From Felis catus (taxonomy: Eukaryota), in NCBI RefSeq assembly GCF_018350175.1, contig NC_058369.1:26166001-26230000 (forward strand): a stretch of DNA of 64,000 nucleotides, in the 5' to 3' direction. Below are positions 1 through 12,224 of the stretch, piece by piece. Under the pieces are notes generated by a model. The model searched no databases. It was given only the letters and a program-made list of their open reading frames with translations, and was not told the DNA's origin. Numbering within the stretch: position 1 is the stretch's first letter; each line of letters begins with the position of its first letter. A program made the position numbers and the translations under genes.

Positions 1-1180
1 CAGTTTGTGACACAAAATGAAACGAGACTGGCGGGGAGGGACGAGGGGAAAGAGGCGACCTAGCGTAGGCTGTCATTTAGAAAAGAAGACTTAAAACCAG
101 CTTCATCTCTCCCAGTGCCCGTGTCACATACAAGGCTCTTAGGCAGATGCCATCGTTTCAGCACTCTTCACCTCCACCCCCACGCCCATCCGTGGCCTTT
201 CCACACTTGGCCAAGGGCAGCGAGTGCGCTGGCCTCAATGCTTCCTCGTGCCTCTCCTCCCGTTCTGCTGAGTGTTTATTTTCCTGCAAAGTTGTAACAC
301 GTGCCCATCTTGGCAGCCACGTTTTTGCTTTTGTCTTTAAAGGCCACTAAAGTCGCTGGGTCCAAGGAAACTCTGCAGTGGCTTAACCACACACTCCAGC
401 TATTTGTCAGTCTGATGAGTCTTGCCAACACGTTGGAAGTGACCACAGGTGGGTCACTGTGTCAGCGCCCTCAGACACAGAGGCCTGTCACAGGACACGA
501 CACTCCCCACCCACCTCCAGTCAACCCTGGGATCACTTCTGGAAAATAATTATAGAAGGAAAGAATGAAACTCCTGCTGACCTTTGCGGGGGAGGCGGGC
601 AGGGCGGTGGTGGCTCCTCGGTGGTCTTTCACCATTGGGCAGAAATAGGACAGCTACGCGGCTCTCGGTGGCTTTGTATTCATTTGGCCCTGATCACATC
701 CGAGGCTGTTTAGACAGCATTGTGCAGGTGCAAAGCTCCAAAAATGGGGTGTAAGGCATTTTGCACCCCTTCCTGCAGATCTGAGCTGGTTTTGGAATAA
801 ACTTAAAGCGCTTGGGGAACACTGCCTGACTTCAGGGCCCGGATGGGTGGTGTGGTCTGGGCAGGCAGACTTTGTTGATTTGGTCCTAAGGAAGTGGCCG
901 CTGTTGTCACGAGTGCCTCCGTGGGGGGGACAGGGAGCGAGGTGGGGGACAGTCACCAGGATGTAGCAGCTGGGGGCAATTGTTGGCAATAGCCCCCCTG
1001 TTAGAAACCGGAGGAGCCTGAAGCCTAATGTGAAAGGGCCACAGGTTTTGGAAACTGGGACGTGGAAGCAAAACTGGAATCAAAAGCCAACTGTAAATTG
1101 TATCTTATAACTTATTAAATGTTTGCTCTGTCAGGCTTCCTTAGTGTTCTTGGAGGGTGGTGTTTCTGAATAAAAGGTTT
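1..1180 (+). other. FLNB: Probable 3' UTR / terminal exon end of filamin B
   Basis: Repeat-free non-coding sequence with poly(A) signals AATAAA 796-801, ATTAAA 1114-1119 and AATAAA 1169-1174 plus nearby GT-rich sequence. Gene identity is inferred from the known FLNB-DNASE1L3-ABHD6 order; no FLNB coding exon is visible. Confidence 0.55.
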
Positions 1181-1249
1181 GAGTCTCTGACCAGCTCTTG
1201 CCAACCCCTGGTGGAAAGGACACAGATTAACAACTTGTTTCAACGTGCC

Positions 1250-1467
1250 TTTTTGTAAACCTGTATCTATTTATTTTGAGAGAGCCGGGCGCATGGAAGT
1301 GGGGGAGGGGTAGAGAGAGCAAGAGAGAGAATCCCAAGCAGGCTCCATGCTGTCGGCGCGGAGCCCGATGGGCGGCTTGAACTCACGAGCAGGGAGACCT
1401 GGGAGATCGTGACCTGAGCCGAGATCAAGAGTCGGACACTTAACCAGCTGAGCCACCCAGGCGCCCC
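1250..1467 (-). mobile_element. CAN-SINE (SINEC)
   Basis: Reverse complement of GGGGCGCCTGGGTGGCTCAG head, with CT-rich body and A-rich tail. Confidence 0.9.
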
Positions 1468-2130
1468 AAGCCTTGCCTCTTTTTGCAGGGGGATGGCTTG
1501 CTTCTCTGTGAGCCCTGCTGGGAATATCTCATCAGGAGAGGCCAGACAGACAGGCTGGGCCTGGCAGTGAGGGCACTGGGGAAGGGGCACACTGGGTCTC
1601 GACACCAACGCAGCCTCTAGGAAGGAAAGCCTTTTTCCTGATGACACGAGAAAACCGTCATCTCAGGGATTTCACTCAAACAAGAAGCTCTGTCATCTGT
1701 TGTCCCGACTGCCCTTGGACAACAGGGTTTGTGTTTGGTGTTAGTGTCTTCCTCTCCCTGCTGCTTCTGCTAGGAGGAGTTTGTGCCTGACTTTATGCCT
1801 GGGATACCTAGCCCCTGACCTCCTGCTCACCCTCACGGCACTCCTGTGACACCACTTTACAGTGTGGATACCAGCTCTGGTGCTGTATGGACATGTTCGT
1901 AGTGTCAAGGCTCATGTGGGGCTCACCCTAGGCCCTGGCCTTTCTCTCCCCAGTGTGGGAGCCCCACCTCCCTGGTTATACCTCTGGGAGCAGGAACACA
2001 GAAGGAATGGCACCAGGAGCCCCCAGATAAGCCCCTGGAAGACCCTGCTCGGCCCCCCAGCCTTCCATTGAGGGTGAGGAGTGAAGGGAAAAGCAAGGAG
2101 GGAACACTGGATCCTTTGGTGTGTTTCTTC

Positions 2131-2775
2131 CTGCTGATGAAGTTTTGCGGTGATGGGCTCGTGGGATCCGGAGCCCACGGCCAAGAGAGAATTCTTGAAG
2201 ACGTCTTTGGTGCAAAAAGGTGACTTTATTAAAGCGTGGAGACAGGACCCATGGGTAGAAAGAGCTGCACTGGGGTTGTGATGGGTAACTCATTATATGC
2301 CCTCAGGTTGGGAGGGGGTCAGGGATAGAGTATGTCTCTAAGGAATTCTGGAAGGAAGGTTTCCAGGACCTTGAGGGGCTAGCAGTTGCTAGGGAAACAC
2401 CATTTATTGCCATTTAATAAAACCTCAGTCATGAGACTCTTCAGATGTATACTGGGGGCCATAAGCTTGGAGTATGATTGCCAGCATATATCTTGGGGCA
2501 GTTGAGATAAAGGAACTAGTCTTACAGGATCCTCGGGGTTGGGATAATGTTAAGCTAAGATTCTCTTTCGCTCCTGGCATAGTGTCATCATCCAGCTGAG
2601 CTCCTAGAGGAAGGTCACTCTACCATCTCAAGGAATGTCAGTGGGCTGCAGGCAGTAAGGGAATTTAGTTTTTCATTTGCCTTAGTTTCCCACATCACCA
2701 TGGCAAGCACTTAAACCCCTTTCCTTTGTTCTTGGGTAGCCAGGAGTGTCCGAGGAATATCACACATATTCCACC
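2131..2775 (-). mobile_element. Probable solo ERV LTR (carnivore type); boundaries approximate
   Basis: Begins TG, has minus-strand AATAAA (TTTATT at ~2225-2230), and resembles recalled carnivore LTR sequence. Family not determinable here. Confidence 0.45.
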
Positions 2776-5700
2776 GGGGGCAGCAGGGTGGGGGGGGGGG
2801 CAGACTGTATTTTGCCCTCAGCTTGCCCCCAAGCTCCCTCATCACTGGCACCTCTTTTTTGACCAGGATGGAGGACTGTTTCCCTCGGAGAGGTGGGAGG
2901 AAGGTTGGAGGAAAGGTCTTCTTTTGCCTCTCCTTTTGGAGGGGGCGCCCTTATCTGTGGGCCTGTGTTGGGAATAACTGCTCCCGAACTCCCACGGGGG
3001 TGGTGGGCTTTGGGGGTTGTCCAGACTCTGCCTAGTGATGCCGACCTTGCCCGCAGAGGAGCACAGGGGGACAGAGGGTGAAGTCCGGCCGGTTTCTGCT
3101 GGGGAGGCAGCATTTATATGTTAACTGCTGAACTTTGGCATCAGGTGGAGTTTGAACCCTGGCTCAGCCATTCAGTGGCTGTGTGGCCTTGGGGAGGTTG
3201 CCTCCCCTTTCATTGTGAGGATCACGTGAAATCTCACTGGGGGCTGTAAGTCTTGGCTACTGCTCTCTGTGACCAACTCCTCATACAAGGCCGCACCTGG
3301 TGCTGCCCCGGCGGGTCCCACCCATTACGTCCCACACAACTCAGGTGCTGTGCACCTCTCTGTTGGTCAATGGCCAGAGCCACAGGGCACTCTTATGCAC
3401 CTGGACTTGCTGCCGTGGAAACGGGCTGTTGTTTGTGCAAACGCCTCGATGACTTTGAAACTCGACCTCGAACAGGTACCGGGCCCTTTCTGACTTTCAC
3501 CTGTTGATTCCGCCCCTTTCCTGTCAGGAGTTGACTGGGCCATCAGTCTTTAGTGGTTAGAGCAGACGGCACTGACAGTTGACCTGCAGAAACCTCAACC
3601 CAGTGAAGGCCTTGTCCCCTTCTCAGCCCCGATGCCTGCCTCTTCCTCATCCACTTTCCCCTGGCAACCCTTGGAAGCCCTCCTCAAGCCTCCTCTCCCT
3701 GCTGCCAAAAAGGAAACATTTTATTAACATGTCTGTTTCCAATACATTTATAGGCACGTGGGCCCTTAACCGTATGTCTGGTCTTAAGACTTCAAAGGGG
3801 CCTTGAAAGCCACCTCTCGATGAGTTTGGTGTAAAATGAGTCAGGATTTAATTTCCCTGAAAAATTGCACAGCCTTAAAAATTAGCAGAATAAACGTAAA
3901 TGGCAAAATGAGGGCTTGATCCTTGTCACCCCCTCACACACACACCCAAGTTTGTACTTTAAAATGGGGAACAAACTCATTAATTCAAGTGCTCTTTGGG
4001 CTTAATCTCAGCATGATGGAAGCAAGGTCTGGGAGAGGAATGGAATCTTTTCAAATCCCCATTAACTTGGAGGGGGAAGGGGCTTTGTAATCAGGGCATT
4101 TCACTCATGAAAACTCTCTCCCAGAAGCACATCTTGTTTGGCTAAATTTTTTCCTCCTCACAATAGCAAATCATAACTTGAAGAGGGAGTAAAAATGTCC
4201 TATCGCTCAAGGCAAGCCCGAATTGGATGTTTTCGCTCCAGCTTTGTCCTAAGGATGCTGACCAAACACGGTGGGAGGAATCTCTTAAACAAAGGGATCC
4301 TTTTTGCTTTGTGATAAGTCTTTTGTCTGGGTCCCTGAGCCCACAGGGGACCAACTCACATGCAAGGAATTTAGGGTGGCCCACCCCACGCCCCTTCTCT
4401 CTCCCTCAAGAGCTCTCCAAAGCAGGCAGGCAGGAGATAGGGGATTTACGAGCCCGGCCTGTGGCTCACACCCAAGGGTGTTACGTGTTTCAGACTTGCT
4501 TATCTCCCCAAGGACAAAGCTCAAAGATGAAAGAGTCTTGGAGCCTTGTACTGACCACATGACTCCCTCTGCCATAACCACCGCCTTCCCAAGACGTCAG
4601 GATGCCTCTCCCAGTCGCCACTGACGTTCTTAGCGCAAAGCTGATGCTGAACGCTGGTGGCGTGGTCCCTGAGAAAGAGGAAATCTTGGAGGCAGCGCCA
4701 TGCCCCGGAAATGCCAGCCTCCGGCATTGGGCGTTGTGGCAACAGAGTATCCTGGTGTGTGAGAAACACTCAGAAAGCAGTGGGTCAGGTGCTGCAGGTT
4801 CAAGTCCAGACCCCAATCCCAGGTCTGCGGCTCACTGGCTCAGACACCAGCTGGCTCTTAATCTCCCCATATATCCCAAACTTCTTTATAGTCCTCATTT
4901 TGCAGCTGGGAAAACCGAGGCACAGAGAGCAGTCTAGATAGCCTTACCATTTCTTGCCCTGCAGACTGGGAGACCCAATCTGGAACATTCTTCCTCTACT
5001 CTATGCCTGGCCAATTCACGTTCATAGTTCAGATCTCAAAGGGCACCTCCTCCAAGAAGCCTCTGTGTCTCAGTGCCCTCATCCGTACAATGGGAAAGTA
5101 GAAAACTTCCTTTCTAAGATTAACCTCCAGAAAGATCTCCCAGTACAACCATCCTCCAACTGACTGGCCAAATCCTTCCCCACCCAGAGCTGCTGGAAGA
5201 GGAGCTGCCTGAGTGTGTTGGGGAGACTCGGCTCCCCCAGGCAAGGTGAAAGGGGTACCTCAATGAGGGGAAAGGGGCTCATAGGGAATTTGTTAAGCAT
5301 GGTGGTTCAAAGCTTGGCCAGCAGGTTCAAATCCCACCCTGCCCTGACCTCTAGCAGATCACTTACTCTCAAAGAACTCACAGCCTCTGTTTTCTCTCCA
5401 GTGAAATGGGGTAATAGAACCTACCCCATACAGTGTTCTGAGGCAGGCAGGGTGGCTCGCACCCTGAGGGTTAACTGACAAAATGAATGTAAAGAACATA
5501 TTAGTGTCTAGTACATGATAAGAATTCATAAAATTACTACTGGTGAAAGGTGTTCAAGAGGGTTCTTCTGCGCAGAGAGCTTAAATCCAGGAGGGGCTAC
5601 TTTAAGGACACAAGTAAGTACAAATAGGAGAGGCACTTGGCCTGGGGACAGAGCCCAGCACTGGGAAGTGGGTTGGGAGTCATCAGTGGGAGTGGATGGC

Positions 5701-8044
5701 ATGGCCAATGGCAGCACTAGGAGCAGAGGGGGTCTTTGGTGGCCTGGGATAGTGGTCAGAAAGGTGAGAGGAGAACTATGTGAGTCAGGTGCACCCGGGA
5801 GGGCCCCAGCTCACCTCCCAGCCTCCCCTGGTTTCCAGGCTTCAGTGACCCTTCTCCCTTAGCAGAGTCCTAGGCCAGAGGCCGGTCTGGGGCTGCCCCC
5901 ACACCTTCCCAGGGGTTACTGGATGGGTTTGAATGAGTAAATCTAGAGAAAATAAAGTGTAGTAAGTAACACTAATCCTAGGCACCAAGTCTTATGATTA
6001 TCCCCCTTTTTTACAGGGGCATTTCCCAGGGCTCAGAGAGGTTATGTGACCTGTGCAACACCACACAGCTAGTAATGGTCAAGGCTGTGATAAAACCCAG
6101 AAAGCCTGAATCTAGGAAGGAGGCCATGAAGCCGTGCTGTGCATGCAAGGGCCTGGCTAGCAGGTGGGCACTGTCTTTGTGGGCGAACGGCTGTCCTTGA
6201 ATCCGTTGGAAGGAAGTACTTTAGAGTCTCCTTTATACCCTTCCACCGCCCACTACCCTCTAGGGTGTGACTGTCCACCCGCTGCACAGCCCCTGTCTTG
6301 CCATCCGCCAGAGCCTGTTGTCAAGAATAGCCGCTCCGACTGTCGTCACTGCGGTGACCGCCAGGGGTCGCCTCGGACGCGTGAACTGCGGCTGGGGAGA
6401 CAACGCTGTGGTCTGGAAGGCACCGGGTCTAGGAAGCCAGGAGGGGGCACACCCACTCTGCCCCGCCCCCCCACCCCCCACCCCACCCCACCCCGCAATT
6501 CCTCTGACTTTCCTCCCTCTGTCCTTCCCGCACACGCCGCAGGGCAACAGAACCAATGTGAAGTCTGCCTATTCCTCCTTTCCTTGAACACTTTTTCTGA
6601 GCACCAACTGTATACCAGACAGTACCCCTAGAGGTGCTCTGGAGGTAACGGATGCAGGGTTGAGCAGGACAGGACACAGAAAGCACAAGCTCCGTGAGGG
6701 AGGGACATTTTGTCAGCTTTGTTCACTTGCAGCTTCTGGCACACGGAAACGCCTTCAGTACTGAGAGCACGGTCGGTGTTTGCGGCCTGTTCAGACACCT
6801 TTGATTAAAAAGGTGATTGCACAATTAACTGATGACTGTTGTGAGCGCTCCAGAGGAGATATGCCAGGCCCAGACTGTCCTACTTAACCAGCTGGCTCTT
6901 AATCTTCCCAAATGCCACAAACTTCATTGCCCTCAATTTACCCCTGGGAAGACTGAGGGACAGAGGACAGTCTAGACAGCCGTACCCTTTCTTACTTTGG
7001 GTGGGTCCCAGCCTGCAACATTCTGCCCCTACTCTTTGGTTACCTCGTGTTCACGGTTCAGGTCTCCAGCAAAGGGCACCTCCTCCAGGAAGCCTTCCCT
7101 GATCGTCTTCCCAACTCCCTGCTCCCCTGGTTATGAGTCTGTCTCCCCTGCTGACTGCGAAACCCTGAGGATGGGAAGCATGTGGACTCCGTTCCTCCTC
7201 ATCTACCTTTAGTACCTGGCTCTGCCTGGCAACAGGGTCAAGAGCAAATGAATGTTGGTTGAATGAATAAATGAGAGCATACTGAGCAGAGTGGAAAGGT
7301 GAGTGGCCCTGGGGCATTATGGGTAACATCCTTCTCACCGGTGCTCATGTCTGCAGCACGCGGGCAGGAGAGGCAGAGCGTGTGAGGATCCTGGAGGCTG
7401 ACTTTATGGTGCTGCGGGGCGACTGGCGGGTCCTCCCCTGCCCGTGCCCCGCTCTCTGTGCCTCTCACATGATGCTGTCACATTCTATGGCAGAATTTTG
7501 TGTCTGTCTCAAATGGGTGTGGGTTTTGGAGTCAATTCACTTGGAGTGCAACCAGATGAACGTTGCTGAGCCTGTTTCCTCATCTGCAAGAGTGATGGAA
7601 GAGAGCCTGCCAGGAAGTCACTGTGAGGATTCCAGTGAGTGGGATCACTGGGTAACGCCTCCAGCCCACGGCCCGGCACAGAGTAGGCGCCGGCACACCC
7701 CAGCGGTGCACCCTAGGGCTGGCACGTTGTTTCCGCAGGCCTCCACCCCCCATCTGGAAAGGAGGTTAACGAGAGCCCCGGCAACTGAGGAACATGGTTT
7801 AAGGCAGACAGAACTCAGCCCAGCAGCTGGCACCTAGCAGGTACTTGTGAAACAAGAACCTTGTTAAACAGCGGGTGACATTCATGGAGCGTTTCCTCCA
7901 GGCAGGCACCGTCCCAAGTTCTTACACCCCGGTCTACTGTTATTCTCTTAATACTAAAAGTAATTCCCGCTATCATTCCGATGTTCAAATGATGCCAGGA
8001 AGCTATCAAGTGTCAGAGCTGTGCGTGAGGAGCTGGGGTCCAGA

Positions 8045-8058
8045 GTTTCCATGGCAAC
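8045..8058. promoter_or_regulatory. RFX X-box (GTTTCCATGGCAAC)
   Basis: Near-palindromic match to the RFX binding motif, 430 nt upstream of the ATG at 8488. Confidence 0.6.
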
Positions 8059-8332
8059 CCCCCGGCCAAATGTCCAGAGCTTCCCGAGGGTGGACACTGG
8101 GCCTTCTTTGGACCTCCTTGGGTGCCTGTGCATAGTAGGTGTGCTGAATAGAATAGAGGCTATGGTACCCCGTGCAGCTCCCGGGGACCCTCTGGGTATG
8201 AGGGGGAAAGAGTCCCTCTGGGGTAGAATACAGCCTCCTGCCAGGCACCCTGGGTAGGTTGTGGCCAGCCTCTGCTCCCTTTCCCAGCCTGGTCTGTTCT
8301 ATTGCCGGTGAGTGGCCCTAGTCCCCCTCCCC

Positions 8333-8383
8333 TGACGTGGCCCAGCCCCTCCTCTCCAGCCTTGGCAACCCAGCCCTCATTGG
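8333..8383 (+). promoter_or_regulatory. Proximal promoter cluster: CRE-like TGACGTGG (8333-8340), X-box half site CCTTGGCAAC (8360-8369), inverted CCAAT box ATTGG (8379-8383)
   Basis: Motifs read directly from the sequence 105-155 nt upstream of the ATG. Function is inferred. Confidence 0.45.
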
Positions 8384-8487
8384 CTGCACGTATCCTTGGA
8401 GATGGACACCAGCAGAGCAAACACAGGCCCAAGAAGGGCTACGGGGCAGAATGGTTCCTCCCTCTCCTCTCCTTCCCCCTCACTGCC

Positions 8488-8995
8488 ATGAGAGATCTGT
8501 GCACCACCCAGAACCAAGCCTGCTGGCAAGAGTGCATCCGGAAGGAGGCCGCAGCCCGGGTCGCCTGGAAGATCCACTATGGCCACAAGTACCTAAAGGG
8601 GGGGCCCACGCCCAGGAAGCGGGTCCAGCGGGCCCCCTTCGGCTCAGCCTTGGCTGCCACCAGCTCCACTGAGAGCAAGGAGGTACAGGTCGGGTGGCCA
8701 GAGTCCAAGGGGGTCAGGGATCAGCTGTCTGGGGGAGGGGGTGTCCAGGGCCCGTCGCCCAAGGGAAACAAAGTCTGGGAGGCCCAAAGAGCAACTCAAG
8801 GGCCGTCAGTCCAGCCCAAGCCAGAGGGCTTAGAAATGAGGCAGGTTCCCCCCAGCACCCTGCAGTTGTTCTTCCAAGGCCTCTCTCACGATGGCCAAGG
8901 CCGGGCCTTGTACCTCCGGGAGCGGCATCGCCAGAAGCCTGAGGAGAAGTTTCTGTACCCGATCCTGTCATCCTGGGAGTACGGCTGGCACGTGG
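8488..8995 (+). CDS. ATP6V1FNB/SPMIP1-like protein, coding exon 1
   Basis: gccATG at 8488; MRDLCTTQNQACWQECIRKEAAARVAWKIHYG ... EMRQVPPSTLQLFFQGLSHDGQGRALYLRERHRQKPEEKFLYPILSSWEYGWHVG; donor G|GTAAGG at 8995/8996 (phase 1). The motif G-x-S-H-D-x-QGR..YL..R....PE....P...S..YGW matches the recalled ATP6V1FNB family core. Confidence 0.8.
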
Positions 8996-10219
8996 GTAAG
9001 GGCCACCACCATCTTGCCACTCCAGGCCTTTGTAGGCAGGCCCGGTCTTCCTCCCCAGCCCTGTCCTTCCTCACCCCTCACACGCACAAGCACGTCCCTC
9101 TGGCTCCCCCTTCTCCCAGAAGGCCACATGCCTTCACACCTCCTGACCTTTGCACATTTTCATCTCTCCGCCTGGAATGTGCCTCCTGCCTCTTCCTCTG
9201 CTGGCTAACTTTCACATGTCACCTCCTCCGGGAAGTCCTCTGAAACCCTCCAGGCAGATTTGAGTGCGCCCTTGTGCTTCTACAGCTTTTTGAGCCTATA
9301 AAAGCACCGGGCCCACTGAGTCACCATTCCTTGAGTATCCAGCTGGCCTAATGAGCCCTGTGGGTTCCAGGACTTCTTAGTTAATTTTATTAATGCCCTG
9401 CCAGCTCCCATCTTGGGGGAGCTGTGATGGTGGAACGAATAAACAAATGAATAAATGTGGACTAGGGGATGAGGCCTTGGTTTGGAATCAGGAAGTACAA
9501 GTCCAAATCCTGGTCCTTCACCTGAGAGTTGTGTGAGCTCAAGCAAGAACTTTAACTTCTCTGGGCCTTAGTTTCCAAATCTGAAAAATGGGAATACACC
9601 AGTACCTCCTTCCTCTGTCACAGAGTTTTGGGGAAATCAAACGGGAAAGCACCTTGAACAGAAATTTTCCTCACAAAAGCCCCATGAGGTGGGTATAGGG
9701 CAGACATTCATTCATTCAATATGTGATCCTTTCTTTCGGGACAGCCCAGGTAGAGAGATCTGGAGTCACTGAATCCCAGCTCTGCCCCAAAATGAGCTAG
9801 GGAATGAACAAGCACGAAAGAGTGACTCAGTTTGAAATTAGGGGGCCCAGGTTTGGATTCTGGTTTGTTCATTCATTCATTTATTCATTCAGTCGTTCAG
9901 CAAAGGTTCAGTGAGCAGCTGAATATGTGAGGCACTTTTTGTCCCTGAGGATATGTCAGAGAACGTGAGTGTTGAGGCTGTACAAAGAGTGGGGACTGAG
10001 GGGGCTCCTGTGGTAGACAGGTGGTCAGGGAAGTCCTGCTGGGAGGGGTTTGAACAGAGTTCTAAGGCATTTTATTCCATCAGATTCTTCTGAGTAGGGG
10101 CCTGACCCTCTGGGCCCACAGAGTGAGTCTCAGCTTAGACACCACATGGGTCCTCTCTGCTCCTCTCTCTTCCTCCAGCCCACAGATTTATGCCCTCTGC
10201 CTGTGAAGCCACTGCCAGG

Positions 10220-10410
10220 CATAGGGCCACCAGATGGAGCAAATTATAAACTACAGGATGCCCGGTTATTTGAGTTTCAGGCAAACAGTAATGTTTTAGC
10301 AGAAGCATGTCCTAGATACGGCATGGAACATACCTCTACTGAAAAATTATTCATCATTTATCTGAACCTCAAATGTAACTGGCCATCCTGTACTTTATCC
10401 AGCAACCTGA
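10220..10410. mobile_element. MER53-like DNA transposon fragment
   Basis: tagggccaccagat...acaggatgcccggttatttgagtttcag...aaatgtaactggccatcctgtactttatccagcaacct has the internally palindromic MER53-like pattern. Confidence 0.5.
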
Positions 10411-10826
10411 ACATCAGAGCCAGGGGAAGCTGGTTCTGGATGCCCCCTGTGTACTAGGGCAGTGCTAGGTTCAGGGCAAAGACAGGAAGACTGTTTGCCT
10501 CCATAGTGGTTGTGCTTAAGGTCCCAGATAGTTGCTCCTAGAATCTCTGGAACATTCTGTAAGCTTCTGGCCTCATGCCCCTAACCCAACCAGTTGGGGG
10601 ACGGATGAGGAATAATGACCGAACTTCTGCTGAGCATCTCTCCCCACTCCCCAGCCCAGTTATAGACAGGAGCTGCGTCATCCTGGGGGTGGAAACAGCT
10701 TGGGGAAGAGGAGTTGAAGGCATTGTCTGGACCCCAGTGGGTCAGCCCCGAATACCCTTTTACACACAGAAAGTATCCTTCTAGCGCCTGGCACATAGGA
10801 AATGTTCAATAAATGGTAACTGGTAT

Positions 10827-10886
10827 TCTCCTTGTCCTTGTCCTTCTCCTTGTCCTTGTCCTTGTCCTTCTCCTTCTCCTTCTTCT
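10827..10886. repeat. (TTGTCC/TTCTCC)n microsatellite
   Basis: Hexamer repeats read directly. Confidence 0.85.
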
Positions 10887-11258
10887 TAATTCAGCAGATA
10901 GGACCTGTGGGCATTTGGGGAGCTAGTGCAGCCTTGGCCAGGACCCTGGGGGTTCTTACTCTGAAGTGCTGGGATGGATGGGCTATCACTAGACTAAAGG
11001 GAGAAATGTGATGAGGGGTAAGTAAGCTGGGGGTAGGGATGGGGTCAAACGAGTTAGCAATCACAACGACCTGAGAGCCACCCATCAGGGAAGATCCTGG
11101 GCAGGATCTTGAGGCTTCCACGCTATGCCAGGTGTGGCATATAGGTACCAGACCCTGAGAAGGAGTGGGAGAGCTGAGGTAGGGATCCGGGAGCACAAGG
11201 GGGAGCCACTATTCCTAACTGTACACAAGTATTTCGCTATTTTAACCCAAGCAGTCGT

Positions 11259-11474
11259 GGGGCGCCTGGGTGGCGCAGTTGGTTAAGCGTCCGACTTCAG
11301 CCAGGTCACGATCTCGCGGTCCGTGAGTTCGAGCCCCGCGTCAGGCTCTGGGCTGATGGCTCAGAGCCTGGAGCCTGTTTCCGATTCTGTGTCTCCCTCT
11401 CTCTCTGCCCCTCCCCCGTTCATGCTCTGTCTCTCTCTGTCCCAAAAATAAATAAAAACGTTGGAAAAAAAAAA
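11259..11474 (+). mobile_element. Young felid CAN-SINE with target-site duplication
   Basis: Full head, CT tract and A tail; TTTAACCCAAGCAGTCGTGG at 11241-11260 and 11475-11494. Confidence 0.95.
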
Positions 11475-11589
11475 TTTAACCCAAGCAGTCGTGGCAGGGG
11501 TCCCTGCTGACTCTCCGCCCTTTGGGTTGGGCTAGGGCTGGTGGGAGGAACGGCGGCCCCAGCTCAAGCAGGCCTTTGCTGTGTTCCAG

Positions 11590-11714
11590 GGGACACAGGT
11601 GCCATGAAGGACACCAGGGCTCCGACTTATGCCAGGCGCCAGCCCATCACAAAGACCTTTTACATCAAAAGCGGCGTCTTCCATTTTCCACGGCGAACAG
11701 ACCAGCTAATGTGA
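11590..11714 (+). CDS. ATP6V1FNB/SPMIP1-like protein, coding exon 2
   Basis: Acceptor cctttgctgtgttccag|G at 11589/11590 continues the phase-1 frame: (G)DTGAMKDTRAPTYARRQPITKTFYIKSGVFHFPRRTDQLM*, TGA at 11712-11714. ITKTFYIKSGVF resembles the family C-terminal I..F...NG.F motif. Confidence 0.72.
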
Positions 11715-12224
11715 ACTCGCTGGGGGTTCAGAAGCTGCTCCTGCCTCTTCCTATCGTCTGTGTGGACCCTGCCGAGCAGAGATGCCGCCAGCCGCAGCCA
11801 CCCTCCCTCTGTTGTGTCCAGCCCTGTCTCCTGTCTCCCCTGGGCACCCCTCCGGGATTCAGGGTGGCCCACCTGCTGCCTCTCGTATGTCCTCAGAGAA
11901 TCAGCTCCTTGCAGAGCCCCCAAACCCTCCATCACCAGCAACGTGTAGGGTGCTAGCTGCTCTCCTGGGGGAAACAGTGGGGTCTCCCGCGTGCTCCAGC
12001 AGCAGCGTGGTGGGGGTGGGGGGGGCAGGGGAGGGGCTCGCTAAGATCTTATTATGGTGCTAAGTGGAGGAGGGGACTCTCTCCCAGTCTTCACTTGCTC
12101 TTCATTTTATCAAAGGGACCCACAGCAGACTTGCTTGGTCCCTGTGTATCCCACAGTTTAGGGAAGAAGTGGTTTCCATGTTGACTTGCTGTTTCTCTCA
12201 CCACCCACCCCACAAAGAGCCTGC

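Noticed and set aside
8302..8487. N-terminal extension of the 313-aa track ORF
   Set aside because: It starts at TTG and overlaps promoter motifs. The first in-frame ATG with good context is at 8488, where family-like sequence begins.
8996..9243. C-terminal part of the 313-aa track ORF
   Set aside because: It lies past a strong GTAAG donor and runs into L2-like intronic sequence. The family-like tail is in the exon at 11590.
11259..11345. tRNA-like A/B-box sequence at SINE heads
   Set aside because: These are the tRNA-derived heads of CAN-SINEs, followed by CT tracts, A tails and TSDs; they are not tRNA genes.
11522..11956. 144-aa ORF overlapping exon 2
   Set aside because: Different frame from the spliced product, TTG start, no recognisable motif.
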